This document shows positions 10,053-19,201 of a stretch of 64,000 bases of DNA, piece by piece. Origin of the DNA: Methanobacteriota archaeon (lineage in GTDB: Archaea; Thermoplasmatota; Poseidoniia; Poseidoniales; Thalassarchaeaceae); NCBI GenBank assembly GCA_014239955.1, contig JAAZXW010000019.1, forward strand, positions 53,298 to 117,297, in the 5' to 3' direction. How positions within the stretch are numbered: the first letter of the stretch is position 1; the number at the start of each line of letters is the position of its first letter. The position numbers were made by a program, and so were the translations under genes. The notes under the pieces are model-generated. The model saw only the letters and a list, made by a program, of their open reading frames with translations. It was not told where the DNA came from and did no database searches.

Positions 10053-11177
10053 ATGGGGGGGAGATTAACCACACTCATTGTCTCAGTCTTGCTTTGCTTC
10101 CCTTTGTTCGCCCCAACTGTCTCTGGTGATTGGGGGTCAGACACATGGCTCTCTAGCGTAATTGCAAAAGAACGACTAGATAGTGGTGATGAATTCGGCT
10201 GTCATGGGTATGAGGGGGTGGAGACTACTGAGGAGAATTGGGTCATTGCCTCCTGCAAGGAGTACTTGGAAGGGCTTACTAATGCCTCAAGGTGGGGCGC
10301 TTCTCCAGTTTCGTTCGGAATAAATTCCGCAATCGTTGATTCCCAAACAGGAAACTCACTGATATATTCAGGCTTTCAGATAGTTGGAGACATGGTGGCA
10401 GAGGCACCCGAGGGCCTCTCAATAGCTGTAAGAAACGGAGCCAGCCTAGAGAAAGGAGTAGCCGACAAATCGCTGATTGCATCTGCCGAGGAAGACTCTC
10501 TAATCAGTATCCACTGGAGGGCGAGAATTGACGATTTACGCATCAGGGAGGACAAGGATGTAATCTCCTGGTTGGAGGGGCAACAAGTCTGGTTCACAAC
10601 TTGGGGGGAATGGCACCATCACAGATCCTCAGGAATGTCTACATCAGCAAGTCTCGATGGTTCAACTGTTTCTATCCAGTCAACTACACAATCTAACGGG
10701 ATGGCCTCATGGGCAGTTCCTGGGACGATTATGGTCAAGTTCGACTCACCGGTTCTCTCAGTATCAGACACAGAAGGGAACGACCTTCCATTGCTATCGG
10801 CCGATGATAGAAAACTCATCGTTGGTTGGCGTGCAATTGAGGGTGGAATTATCGTAACCCAGTCTCCACAAACCACGGTGATAGTCGAGTTGGATGGTAA
10901 TCCCGAACGGATAGAAACTACGCCGTTGGCCACTTTCAACGACCTAAACTACTCAGTTACCATCGTCGGACACCATACAACCAATCTTTTCCGATGGACA
11001 CAGGACTTCTCTGGTACCGATCTAACATTCACATGGCTAATCGAGAGGCCATCAGACCATGTAGTTGGATGGAAATTACCACTTTTTGCAGCATCAATGC
11101 TCATCGCAGTCCCACTATCGATAGTATACTTGCTTCGAAACGACCAGTTCTTTGGCACTAGGAATCAGGACCGCTAA
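10053..11177 (+). CDS. Secreted, C-terminally membrane-anchored hypothetical protein
   Basis: N-terminal signal peptide and C-terminal TM helix. Confidence 0.7.
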   Translation: MGGRLTTLIVSVLLCFPLFAPTVSGDWGSDTWLSSVIAKERLDSGDEFGCHGYEGVETTEENWVIASCKEYLEGLTNASRWGASPVSFGINSAIVDSQTGNSLIYSGFQIVGDMVAEAPEGLSIAVRNGASLEKGVADKSLIASAEEDSLISIHWRARIDDLRIREDKDVISWLEGQQVWFTTWGEWHHHRSSGMSTSASLDGSTVSIQSTTQSNGMASWAVPGTIMVKFDSPVLSVSDTEGNDLPLLSADDRKLIVGWRAIEGGIIVTQSPQTTVIVELDGNPERIETTPLATFNDLNYSVTIVGHHTTNLFRWTQDFSGTDLTFTWLIERPSDHVVGWKLPLFAASMLIAVPLSIVYLLRNDQFFGTRNQDR

Positions 11178-12258
11178 TCAATGGACCTTCGATCTCAACT
11201 CCCTCTTTGATCATTCTCGAGACTATCCTACTGACGACTTCTGAAGAAAGTGCTTCTGGTGGATGCACCCCGAGTGGCAGCATGCCGGGGTCATTGAGCC
11301 ATTCTTCCACACAGCATACCGTAACTAACCCAGTGGACCTTGCCATAGAATGCCCATCAACCCCCCCATGATCTTGCACTCGCCAAGTCATCTTGGTTCC
11401 GTCATGGCCCTCTGCAAATACTTCCATCCATGTGAATTCAGGTATTTTTTCGTTATATTGCCATTCCGATGTGAGCCTCCTCACGTCTAATTCACCGGAA
11501 TCCCTCTCATCGATGAACTTCTGTATGTGACCAGGCCACCTCACAGTATACTCTGAGAGATCTTCAGCAGGAATGGAGTTGAGAACGCTCCGAAGCCCAT
11601 CCGTAAGGAAAGCCTCCATTTTTCCTTTCTCTGGGACGTCAATCTCATGCCTTTCCGAAAGAGCAGGCAAAGTCACTTGCTCTGAGTCCCTAACAACTCT
11701 TGCTGGCCTGGTGTACTCGGCAACGACGTCAATTGGTGAGAATGGAGCCATGTAGTTCCATCCAGAAGTAGGTCCCGTTGGATTCCCTCCAACCCTAACC
11801 TCACCATTCTTCAATACCCCTAATTGTCTGTATGCTTCAGATAGTAGCATGTTTGACAGGCCCGGGGCAATGCCAGTATCCCATAGGATGCTTGCACCGT
11901 AGTCCTTGGCTTTTTGTTCATCCCTGTCAGGCGTAAACTGGCTAAAGCTCAGATCGACAGTCCTCCATGGAAGCTCTGCAAGTGTTGTAGTGCTCGAATG
12001 CCCGATATCCCCGGGAAGCATATTGACCACAAGATCGCTCTTCGGGTCAAAGGTAAAACTTTCATCTGAGGTAATCAAATCTAACATCAGATCTACCGGG
12101 TCATTATCGGGCTCCAGATGATGCACCTCAATACCGGGAAATCCTAACACACGATGTGGTCGAGGGTCGTATGCATGGACTGAATATCCCGCTTCTGCGA
12201 ATTTTCTGGCCACATATGAACCTACGAGCCCTACTCCGAAGCAGTGTATTACGTTCAT
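11158..12258 (-). CDS. Saccharopine dehydrogenase / lysine 6-dehydrogenase family
   Basis: GVGLVG Rossmann motif, DTGIAPGLSN, VGGNP, EAFLTDGLRS, TVRWPGH, MARSTG. Confidence 0.85.
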   Translation of the reverse strand: MNVIHCFGVGLVGSYVARKFAEAGYSVHAYDPRPHRVLGFPGIEVHHLEPDNDPVDLMLDLITSDESFTFDPKSDLVVNMLPGDIGHSSTTTLAELPWRTVDLSFSQFTPDRDEQKAKDYGASILWDTGIAPGLSNMLLSEAYRQLGVLKNGEVRVGGNPTGPTSGWNYMAPFSPIDVVAEYTRPARVVRDSEQVTLPALSERHEIDVPEKGKMEAFLTDGLRSVLNSIPAEDLSEYTVRWPGHIQKFIDERDSGELDVRRLTSEWQYNEKIPEFTWMEVFAEGHDGTKMTWRVQDHGGVDGHSMARSTGLVTVCCVEEWLNDPGMLPLGVHPPEALSSEVVSRIVSRMIKEGVEIEGPLISGPDS

Positions 12259-12358
12259 GCCTCCCGGGGTGCGGATATGTTATTCGTTGTAACTGTCCGC
12301 ATATTTTTTCATTAATTCTAGCGATGCCTTGATTGGGTGCAATACTTGCCGCATATAT

Positions 12359-13741
12359 ATGGAAAAGGCCGGAAGGATAGACCCCTGGTCATCCGAGCAA
12401 TCCACTGACTATGCACGAATAGTCAGCCAATTCGGTCTTTCATCGGTCGACCCCGACTCTCTACCAAATCCTGGCATGTTACATCGTAGAGGGATTGTAT
12501 TTGCCCACCGAGATCTCGATGTAGTGGTTGACTGTATGGGTACTGGAGACCCATTCGGGGTACTTACCGGCTTGATGCCCAGCGGTAGGATGCACCTCGG
12601 ACATAGCATGGTAATTGAGCAAGTTCGCTGGTTCCAGGAGCAGGGTGCTGATGTAACCGTCGCCGTAGCTGACTTAGAGGCCTTGGCAACCCGTGGAACG
12701 CCCATATCACGGGGCCGTGAAACAGCACTCCGAGAATATGTTCTGAACTATGCCGCAATGGGGCTTGATCCCGATAACACCAATGTCTACTTCCAGAGTT
12801 CCAGACCAACTGTCCAGAGACTAGCCTTTACCCTCGGCCAGCGAACCAACCTTTCAGAATTCGAGGCAATATACGGTTTCAATGGGGAGTCTAATCTCGC
12901 TCACGTCCAAGCACCGCTAGTTCAAGTGGGTGACATTGTCCATCCTCAAATGGAAGAGTTCGGCGGACTAAGGCCAATCGTCGTACCTGTTGGGGTCGAT
13001 CAGGACCCACATCTGAGATTGACCAGGGACATTACACAGAAGACGAACTGGTTCAACGTTAAGCAGCGAAAGTCCGGGGGCCTCACCGTGGCACTTTCAG
13101 TTCAAGATTGCAACAAATCAGAACTTGGTGAGCCAGAATCAGGAAAGGTTGACATGAATTCCAGAACAAATGTAATTTCCAGTTTGGTAGGATCAATCAA
13201 GGAAATTGGATTCTCTGACGTAAAATCGAACCCTAAGCACGGAACTATAGATATCCCAGGCGCAACAATCGCGGATAGATCAAGAATTAGGATGAAGATG
13301 CTAGCAATAGAGCGTAAAATGGGTGGCATGGGTCTTTTTCCACCTTGCTCAACCTATCATAGGTTCGCTGTTGGAATGACAGGGGAAAAGATGTCATCTT
13401 CCAAACCAGAGACTACGATTTTCATGGATGACGATATTGAAGTCATGACAAAGAAGGTCAAGAGGGCCATTAGTGGGGGCCAACCCACAGTTGAGGAACA
13501 TCGACGGCTCGGTGGCAATGTCGCGAAAGACGTGGCATTCCAGTACTTGCAATTCTTCTTCGAGAAAGATGACGGGGCTTTGGATGAGATTCAACGCGAT
13601 TACGAAAGCGGCAGGCTCCTTGCCGGTGAGTTGAAGCAACTATGCATCGACAATGCTACCGAATGGCTGAACGAACTCAAGGAAAAGAGGGGGCAGTGGG
13701 AGGGCAGGATAAACGAGTTCCTAGCTCCTGATGCACTCTAA
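12359..13741 (+). CDS. trpS: Tryptophanyl-tRNA synthetase (archaeal type, with insertion)
   Basis: TGLMPSGRMHLGH, VPVGVDQDPH, KMSSS. Confidence 0.95.
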   Translation: MEKAGRIDPWSSEQSTDYARIVSQFGLSSVDPDSLPNPGMLHRRGIVFAHRDLDVVVDCMGTGDPFGVLTGLMPSGRMHLGHSMVIEQVRWFQEQGADVTVAVADLEALATRGTPISRGRETALREYVLNYAAMGLDPDNTNVYFQSSRPTVQRLAFTLGQRTNLSEFEAIYGFNGESNLAHVQAPLVQVGDIVHPQMEEFGGLRPIVVPVGVDQDPHLRLTRDITQKTNWFNVKQRKSGGLTVALSVQDCNKSELGEPESGKVDMNSRTNVISSLVGSIKEIGFSDVKSNPKHGTIDIPGATIADRSRIRMKMLAIERKMGGMGLFPPCSTYHRFAVGMTGEKMSSSKPETTIFMDDDIEVMTKKVKRAISGGQPTVEEHRRLGGNVAKDVAFQYLQFFFEKDDGALDEIQRDYESGRLLAGELKQLCIDNATEWLNELKEKRGQWEGRINEFLAPDAL

Positions 13742-14316
13742 CCCATCTCGAAAACGGGGACATCAGGTCCAGTTTCCAATCCCTCTTCCTCAATCTCGCT
13801 CAATTCTCGTGATTCGGCATCCTTGTGGATAATCTGGCTTCGTCCACGGGGGTCCAATAAGTCAACGCGAATTTCTTCGTCCCCCGATTTCGCAAGCCCC
13901 AGCCTTTCCAGAATTTGTTCTGCAATTTGCCCAGCCCCAGGGTCCTCGTTTCCTCTAATGACAGTCATGATAGCTTCTTCGAATCGTTTGATCACCCCTT
14001 CGATGTTTGTCACGTATCCACTAGATGACCCACCCGGAGAGACTTCCAAGTCTAGCTCTGGAATACGAATTGTACAAGATGACGATCTCACCACTCTTGC
14101 AGTCGTCTTTTCTGCTGAATCGACTACAATCGAGGAGAATCCAGGTTTTTCTCCATCGGATGGAATGAAGTCGGTATGCTTCCAGCCACATGAGTCACAC
14201 ATCACCGTGATCTGTGTGTGCTCGCCAAAGTATGGAATTTCGGAGTTCAATGCAAGCATTGAGAGGGAGCCCTCGTCATGGCATTGCGGACATGGTGCCT
14301 CTACCTTGCTCTGCAT
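13738..14316 (-). CDS. ZPR1 zinc-finger domain protein
   Basis: CPQC...EIPYFGE...CDSCGWK, VVRSSSCTIRIPEL, TNIEG, DPRGRS. Confidence 0.9.
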   Translation of the reverse strand: MQSKVEAPCPQCHDEGSLSMLALNSEIPYFGEHTQITVMCDSCGWKHTDFIPSDGEKPGFSSIVVDSAEKTTARVVRSSSCTIRIPELDLEVSPGGSSSGYVTNIEGVIKRFEEAIMTVIRGNEDPGAGQIAEQILERLGLAKSGDEEIRVDLLDPRGRSQIIHKDAESRELSEIEEEGLETGPDVPVFEMG

Positions 14317-14320
14317 GAGC

Positions 14321-14710
14321 TCACTTCACCCGAGCACTCTCGAATGTCGGGGGAAGCAGAAGAAGTCGAGAGCTACCCAGACGCACTAACTGCCCATTCA
14401 AGTCCCCTTCAACGAACTCCTGGATGTTGCCCACGGCCAACTGCAGTTCCATGTCCCTCGACATCAAACCGGTCATCTCCACGATCACAATGTCGCCATC
14501 AGCAATCCAATCCATCAGTTGCGCTATCCCTGTCACATCTTCGAGCAGAGCTCTGTGTACAATTACATCACCTTCGGACCTAGGGACAGGAGCATCCGGG
14601 AATTTGGTGCCGAGGTCGTGGTATGGCTCCCCAGGTTCGATTTTACCGAGGTTTTGATCTGAAATGCTTGGCATCTCAACCCACTTGGGTCCATTATCTC
14701 CCGAACGCAC
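14321..14710 (-). CDS. sepF: SepF-like cell division protein
   Basis: IADGDIVIVE...GDLNGQLVRLG..LLLLP pattern; adjacent to the ZPR1 gene, a common archaeal arrangement. Confidence 0.7.
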   Translation of the reverse strand: MRSGDNGPKWVEMPSISDQNLGKIEPGEPYHDLGTKFPDAPVPRSEGDVIVHRALLEDVTGIAQLMDWIADGDIVIVEMTGLMSRDMELQLAVGNIQEFVEGDLNGQLVRLGSSRLLLLPPTFESARVK

Positions 14711-14862
14711 ACCTGTTCGACATACATTTGACGCTTCATACCTTCTACCTTGGCAATATGAATTGCCTCATTGTAATGTAAATCCATGCAACCCCACATC
14801 CCGTCGCATTGATAAGGGGGCGATTTTAGTCAATATCACTGGCAACTCCGTCGGTGGTTACT

Positions 14863-15489
14863 ATGGACGCAACTACTACAGCAATCAAGACTGGCACGAG
14901 CACAATCGGCATTACATACGATGGTGGAGTAGTAGTTGGTGCCGATCATAGAGCAACCATGGGACATTTCATAGCAAACAAGTCCGTTCAGAAGCTATTC
15001 CGCATTTCTGACAACATCGCTCTGACCACTGCTGGACTAGTTGGGCATGCTCAATCGTTATCCCGGGTTCTTGCTGCTGAGTTGAAGCTTTACGAGTTAA
15101 AGCGGGACACTCCTATGACCGTAAAGGGTGCAGCCACATTTACTGCAAACATTCTATCTGGCCGACCTCATTACGTCCAATTGCTTATTGTTGGGGTCGA
15201 CCCATCCGGATCTAGCGTCTACAGTATCGATTCTGCTGGTGGGTCTATTCCTGATGTTTACTGCGCTACTGGTTCTGGTAGCCCATACATGTATGGTGTT
15301 TTAGAGGACCAATTTAAGGATGGGATGACTAGGCAACAGGCACTGACTGTGGCCGCAAAGTCCCTTCTTGCATCAGCCCAGAGGGATGCTGCGAGTGGAA
15401 ATGGCATGGATCTGGCATACATCACAAATGATGACGGTTTCACACAGCTATCCGAAGAGGAAGTCAGCGAGCTTCTCTCTTCACTATGA
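14863..15489 (+). CDS. psmB: Proteasome beta subunit
   Basis: KTG|TSTIG processing site, GADHRAT, ATGSGSPY, RDAASG. Confidence 0.95.
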   Translation: MDATTTAIKTGTSTIGITYDGGVVVGADHRATMGHFIANKSVQKLFRISDNIALTTAGLVGHAQSLSRVLAAELKLYELKRDTPMTVKGAATFTANILSGRPHYVQLLIVGVDPSGSSVYSIDSAGGSIPDVYCATGSGSPYMYGVLEDQFKDGMTRQQALTVAAKSLLASAQRDAASGNGMDLAYITNDDGFTQLSEEEVSELLSSL

Positions 15490-15548
15490 TCACATTCCCG
15501 GCCCTAGCGCCGACTTGGCCTAGTCGTTGAGGATATGAGGAGAACGTT

Positions 15549-17465
15549 ATGCGTCTGACGCTACCAGAGATAAAGAAGAAGATTTCCAAGCTAATACCTG
15601 AGGGTATTGTTTTCGAGGTCACTCTAGAAGCCGGATCCATAGCGATCATCACAAAGCAACCTCGCGAGTTCTCCGGCGGTGGCGAGAGTCTCACTGTCAG
15701 AATCGCCAAGGCAATCAAACGCAGGGTCGTGATTAGGCCACACCCCGATATCCTGGCCGATGACACCGAAGTGCACGATGCCGTGAATAGAATCATCCCT
15801 CCCGAAGCCATGGTCAGGAACACATGGCTGGACCCCGCTCTATCCGAGGTAATCCTCGAATGTGACGACCCCTCTTCGGCAGTAGGCCCAAAGGGCGTCC
15901 ATGTGAATGCCCTCAGGGATGAAATTGGCTGGCTTGTCAAGATCGAGAGAGCACCGGCGAGAGAAAGTCGGACACAACACGACATCCGCAGATATAGGAA
16001 GGAACTCGCCGACGAGAGGAAATCGCTTCTGAAGAAATTTGGAACTAGGATTTATCGCCCCCAAAGGCCCGGGGAACCGTGGGCCCGCGTATCTGCCTTG
16101 GGCTCATACAGGGAGGTCGGCAGGGCCATGCACCTGGTAACCACTAACGAATCCAAGGTGCTCGTGGATGTCGGTGCCAAGCCAACAAACAACCAAAATG
16201 AGGTTCAGCCTTTCTTCTCAGCCCCTGAACTGCTGCCATTGGACAATCTCGACGCTGTTGTCATCACCCATGCTCACGTAGATCACATTGGAATGCTGCC
16301 AGTACTATTCAGATATGGCTACAAGGGGCCAGTCTACTGCACACCACCCACTCGCGATCTGATGACTCTTCTCCAGATTGACTACATCAAAGTCTCTCAA
16401 GCAGAAGGCAACGAGGCCCCTTACTCAAAGGCAGACATACAAGAGTGCATCAAGCACGTCGTTGACGTAAACTGGGGTGACAAGACCGACATCGCTCCCG
16501 ATGTGAAGATGACAATGGAGAATGCAGGACACATACTCGGTTCCTCAAGCGTTTACATGCAGATCGGCGAGGGCAAGTCAGAGCACAGGCTCCTATTCTC
16601 GGGCGACATCAAATACGAGAAATCATGGTTGTTCGACGCGGCAACCGTTCGCTTCCCAAAGGTGGACACACTTGTAATAGAGTCGACTTACGGAAGTCCC
16701 CAGAGTATCCAACCTACCAGGCAGCAAGCTAGCCAGGAATTGCAGGATCTTGTAACGGACGCCTTGAATAGGAAGGGCAAGATATTCTGCCCGGTCTTTG
16801 CAGTCGGAAGGTCCCAGGAGGTCATGCTTGCAATTGACGAGCTCTTCAAGTCCGGCCGGGTTCCACCTGTTACCGTATGGCTGGATGGCATGATTACCGA
16901 GGCGAGTGCGATTCATTCGAGCCATCCTAATTTCCTGAACAGGGAACTCAAGAAGAAAATGCTCAAGGGAGGTGACCAGAACCCATTCAATTCACCATGG
17001 TTCAAGCAAGTAGACTCACGTGAGTTACGTGAGTCCATACTCCTTGATCCGAGCCCATGCATCGTTCTAGCCACTAGTGGGATGATGACTGGCGGCCCGA
17101 TTATCGAGTATCTAAAGCACTGGGCACCCGAGCCCGGGAATACACTTTGCTTCGTAGGTTACCAGGCCTCCGGAACCCTCGGAAGGAGGCTCCAGGAGGG
17201 GCATTCGCACGTCCCGCTTATGGACAAGGGTCAGACACTGATGCTAGACGTGAAATGCAACATGGTGATCATCGATGGATTCAGCGGTCATTCGGATAGA
17301 AACCAGCTAATGGACTACGTCTCCGCCCTGAACCCGACACCGAGGAAGATCATCTGTCACCACGGTGACCCTCAGACGTGTAATGCCTTCAGGATGGGTC
17401 TTCGTGATAGATTCAAGGTACAGACCTACGCTCCAGCTAACCTCGAGACTCTGAGGCTTTCTTGA
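15549..17465 (+). CDS. fttA: Beta-CASP ribonuclease aCPSF1/FttA (KH + MBL + beta-CASP)
   Basis: REVGR, THAHVDH, AGHILGS, ESTYG, FAVGRSQE, GFSGHSD; follows psmB. Confidence 0.95.
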   Translation: MRLTLPEIKKKISKLIPEGIVFEVTLEAGSIAIITKQPREFSGGGESLTVRIAKAIKRRVVIRPHPDILADDTEVHDAVNRIIPPEAMVRNTWLDPALSEVILECDDPSSAVGPKGVHVNALRDEIGWLVKIERAPARESRTQHDIRRYRKELADERKSLLKKFGTRIYRPQRPGEPWARVSALGSYREVGRAMHLVTTNESKVLVDVGAKPTNNQNEVQPFFSAPELLPLDNLDAVVITHAHVDHIGMLPVLFRYGYKGPVYCTPPTRDLMTLLQIDYIKVSQAEGNEAPYSKADIQECIKHVVDVNWGDKTDIAPDVKMTMENAGHILGSSSVYMQIGEGKSEHRLLFSGDIKYEKSWLFDAATVRFPKVDTLVIESTYGSPQSIQPTRQQASQELQDLVTDALNRKGKIFCPVFAVGRSQEVMLAIDELFKSGRVPPVTVWLDGMITEASAIHSSHPNFLNRELKKKMLKGGDQNPFNSPWFKQVDSRELRESILLDPSPCIVLATSGMMTGGPIIEYLKHWAPEPGNTLCFVGYQASGTLGRRLQEGHSHVPLMDKGQTLMLDVKCNMVIIDGFSGHSDRNQLMDYVSALNPTPRKIICHHGDPQTCNAFRMGLRDRFKVQTYAPANLETLRLS

Positions 17466-17738
17466 TCATAGTACTGGTATGTCAAAACCAGCCTCGGTAG
17501 GATCTCCGACCCCTCCATCTTCGACCACGTCGGCATCATCCGTCCAATCACTCACCAGATCTGATCCGAATGAGGGTTCATTTACGTGCCTTGTCATGGC
17601 AAAACCAGATGGTATTGGTGCGAGAAGCAGCAGCGCCCATGCCTCTGCAGTAATCGTCTTTTCAACAATCATTAGCACTACTGATATGGTTACCAGGGAA
17701 GCTGAAATTCCAAGTGCCAACCTTCGGATCCCATCCAT
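17466..17738 (-). CDS. Small 2-TM membrane protein
   Basis: Two hydrophobic helices and an acidic tail ending GFDIPVL. Confidence 0.6.
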   Translation of the reverse strand: MDGIRRLALGISASLVTISVVLMIVEKTITAEAWALLLLAPIPSGFAMTRHVNEPSFGSDLVSDWTDDADVVEDGGVGDPTEAGFDIPVL

Positions 17739-17815
17739 ACTCAGGCCCCTTAGGGGGGCTCAGATGTTCATCTTTGTCACGACAAAGTGATGAACCTAGA
17801 TTATTGGGCAATGTC

Positions 17816-18265
17816 GTGAATCATACCTGGCAATTGCTCCGTTGTGAATGTGGGCATTCGTTTGGTCGGATTTGTGGTGGCTCTGGAAGATGCACCCGAT
17901 GCGACTCATCACGATGCAGGGTGATCTCCGATTTTGACAACTCGATACTTCTAGCAGATGCAGTTTCTAATGCGAATCTCCCGAAGGAAATCGCTCAGGA
18001 CCTCGCTTCTCGGCTGCATTCTAAGGAGAAGAAGGCTGCACACAGTGAAACAGATCAAGGGAGCTCACGTTCGAAGCTTCTCCGAGCAATGCATGATGCT
18101 ACGGATGATAATGGCATGTTGAGCATCGCTTCTTTAGCGGACGAACTATCCAAGTTAGGATTCGTAGAGACATCTCCAGACTACTTGATCGGGCAAGCAG
18201 AAATCGAAGGTATGCTGCTTAGGCATGACTCGAACTCATGGACGTGGCTCCAGCAAAGTTCATGA
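17816..18265 (+). CDS. Zinc-ribbon protein with probable C-terminal winged helix
   Basis: RCECG...RCTRC; start placed at GTG 17816. Confidence 0.65.
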   Translation: MNHTWQLLRCECGHSFGRICGGSGRCTRCDSSRCRVISDFDNSILLADAVSNANLPKEIAQDLASRLHSKEKKAAHSETDQGSSRSKLLRAMHDATDDNGMLSIASLADELSKLGFVETSPDYLIGQAEIEGMLLRHDSNSWTWLQQSS

Positions 18266-18292
18266 CGACTCACCGGATGCAATGATACAACT

Positions 18293-18370
18293 GGGCCTGT
18301 GGGTTAGTCTGGTCTATGCTTGTTGCTTTGGGAGCAATAGACCCTGGTTCGAATCCAGGCAGGCCCACCA
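18293..18370 (+). tRNA. tRNA-Pro(TGG), intronless, CCA encoded
   Basis: Acceptor stem GGGCCTG/CAGGCCC; anticodon stem GTTGC/GCAAT with loop TT-TGG-GA; T arm CCTGG-TTCGAAT-CCAGG; ends ACCA. Confidence 0.95.
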
Positions 18371-18424
18371 CTTTGTTGCCATGCCTCCGCGGCACAAGAT
18401 CGGCACTCCATAATCACCAGGGGT

Positions 18425-18452
18425 GGCGCAACGGACCTCACTACGTTCAAGC
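18425..18452 (+). repeat. Direct repeat, copy 1 (GGCGCAACGGACCTCACTACGTTCAAGC)
   Basis: 25/28 identical to 18679-18706; last 20 bp are exact. Confidence 0.9.
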
Positions 18453-18473
18453 CGTGCACCTCCATGGATAATC

Positions 18474-18671
18474 GTGCAATGGTTCGACTATGGGGTGGAT
18501 GCCCCTCCGAAGTGGCAGCTCGTTTCCCATCTCGTTTTCGCAATCGTAGCCATAGTGCTCGGATATTTGTACTGGGGAATTGGGGGGGCGGTTGGGGGCT
18601 ATCTCACAGAAAGAGTCGCCTCTAAGATAATTTGGTGGCCGTATAGGGATGCCATCTCTGAAGAAGAGTAA
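18474..18671 (+). CDS. Small membrane protein (cassette 1)
   Basis: GTG start; hydrophobic LVFAIVAIVLGYLYWGIGGAVGGYL. Confidence 0.55.
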   Translation: MQWFDYGVDAPPKWQLVSHLVFAIVAIVLGYLYWGIGGAVGGYLTERVASKIIWWPYRDAISEEE

Positions 18672-18678
18672 TGACTTG

Positions 18679-18706
18679 GGCACGATGGACCTCACTACGT
18701 TCAAGC
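18679..18706 (+). repeat. Direct repeat, copy 2 (GGCACGATGGACCTCACTACGTTCAAGC)
   Basis: Matches 18425-18452; the three mismatches are all transitions. Confidence 0.9.
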
Positions 18707-18727
18707 GAAATACCCCCTACGGCGGAT

Positions 18728-18868
18728 ATGGGCATCGGCGAGAGTTTGATTAGATTCGTTGTTGGACTCATGGGGAAAAATCTTGAAGAAACTGAAGAAG
18801 AGAAGGCTGAGAGAGTCGCCGCAGAAGCCGAGAAGAGGATCGCTGAGGCAAAGAGAAAAGATATGTGA
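18728..18868 (+). CDS. 46-aa amphipathic/coiled-coil micro-protein (cassette 2)
   Basis: MGIGESLIRFVVGLMGKNLEETEEEKAERVAAEAEKRIAEAKRKDM. Confidence 0.5.
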   Translation: MGIGESLIRFVVGLMGKNLEETEEEKAERVAAEAEKRIAEAKRKDM

Positions 18869-18873
18869 TTTCC

Positions 18874-18896
18874 TGGGCCTGCCTGGATTCGAACCA
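18874..18896 (-). repeat. Inverted 23-bp copy of the tRNA-Pro 3' end (att-like)
   Basis: TGGGCCTGCCTGGATTCGAACCA is the exact reverse complement of 18345-18367. Confidence 0.9.
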
Positions 18897-18922
18897 ACCG
18901 TTCAAGGCCGACACCCCCTTCG

Positions 18923-19183
18923 ATGATTATGAAGTACAAGATAGTGGCTGGGGGCCTCAACCCCAAAGTTGGTGAGACTCTCGAATCTAAGGTTCAGAGT
19001 TTGATCGACGAAGGATGGATTTGTCAAGGTGGCCCCTTTACCCGTGAAAACCACAGTGACGTCTATCAAGCGATGGTAAGGAAATTGGACAATATAGCTG
19101 CTTCGAGCGCTCAAATAACCGATCTCAAGACTGAAATCAACTATCTCAACGATGAGTTATCAGAGTGGTTAGAAGATCATTGA
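18923..19183 (+). CDS. DUF1737-like small protein with coiled-coil tail (cassette 3)
   Basis: LESKVQSLIDEGWICQGGP...YQAMV pattern. Confidence 0.7.
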   Translation: MIMKYKIVAGGLNPKVGETLESKVQSLIDEGWICQGGPFTRENHSDVYQAMVRKLDNIAASSAQITDLKTEINYLNDELSEWLEDH

Positions 19184-19201
19184 AGCAGACCCACTAACTC
19201 C

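Larger units (their letters stand above)
18371..19196. mobile_element. Small tRNA-anchored island/remnant carrying three micro-genes; no integrase
   Basis: Internal inverted copy of the tRNA 3' end, a degenerate direct copy at 19185-19196 and internal 28-bp direct repeats. Confidence 0.55.

Noticed and set aside
18425-18706. 28-bp direct repeats as a mini-CRISPR array
   Set aside because: Only two copies, separated by ~226 bp containing an ORF; no cas genes in the window.
18874-18896. Second tRNA gene on the minus strand
   Set aside because: Only the T arm and acceptor 3' strand are present; no D or anticodon arm.
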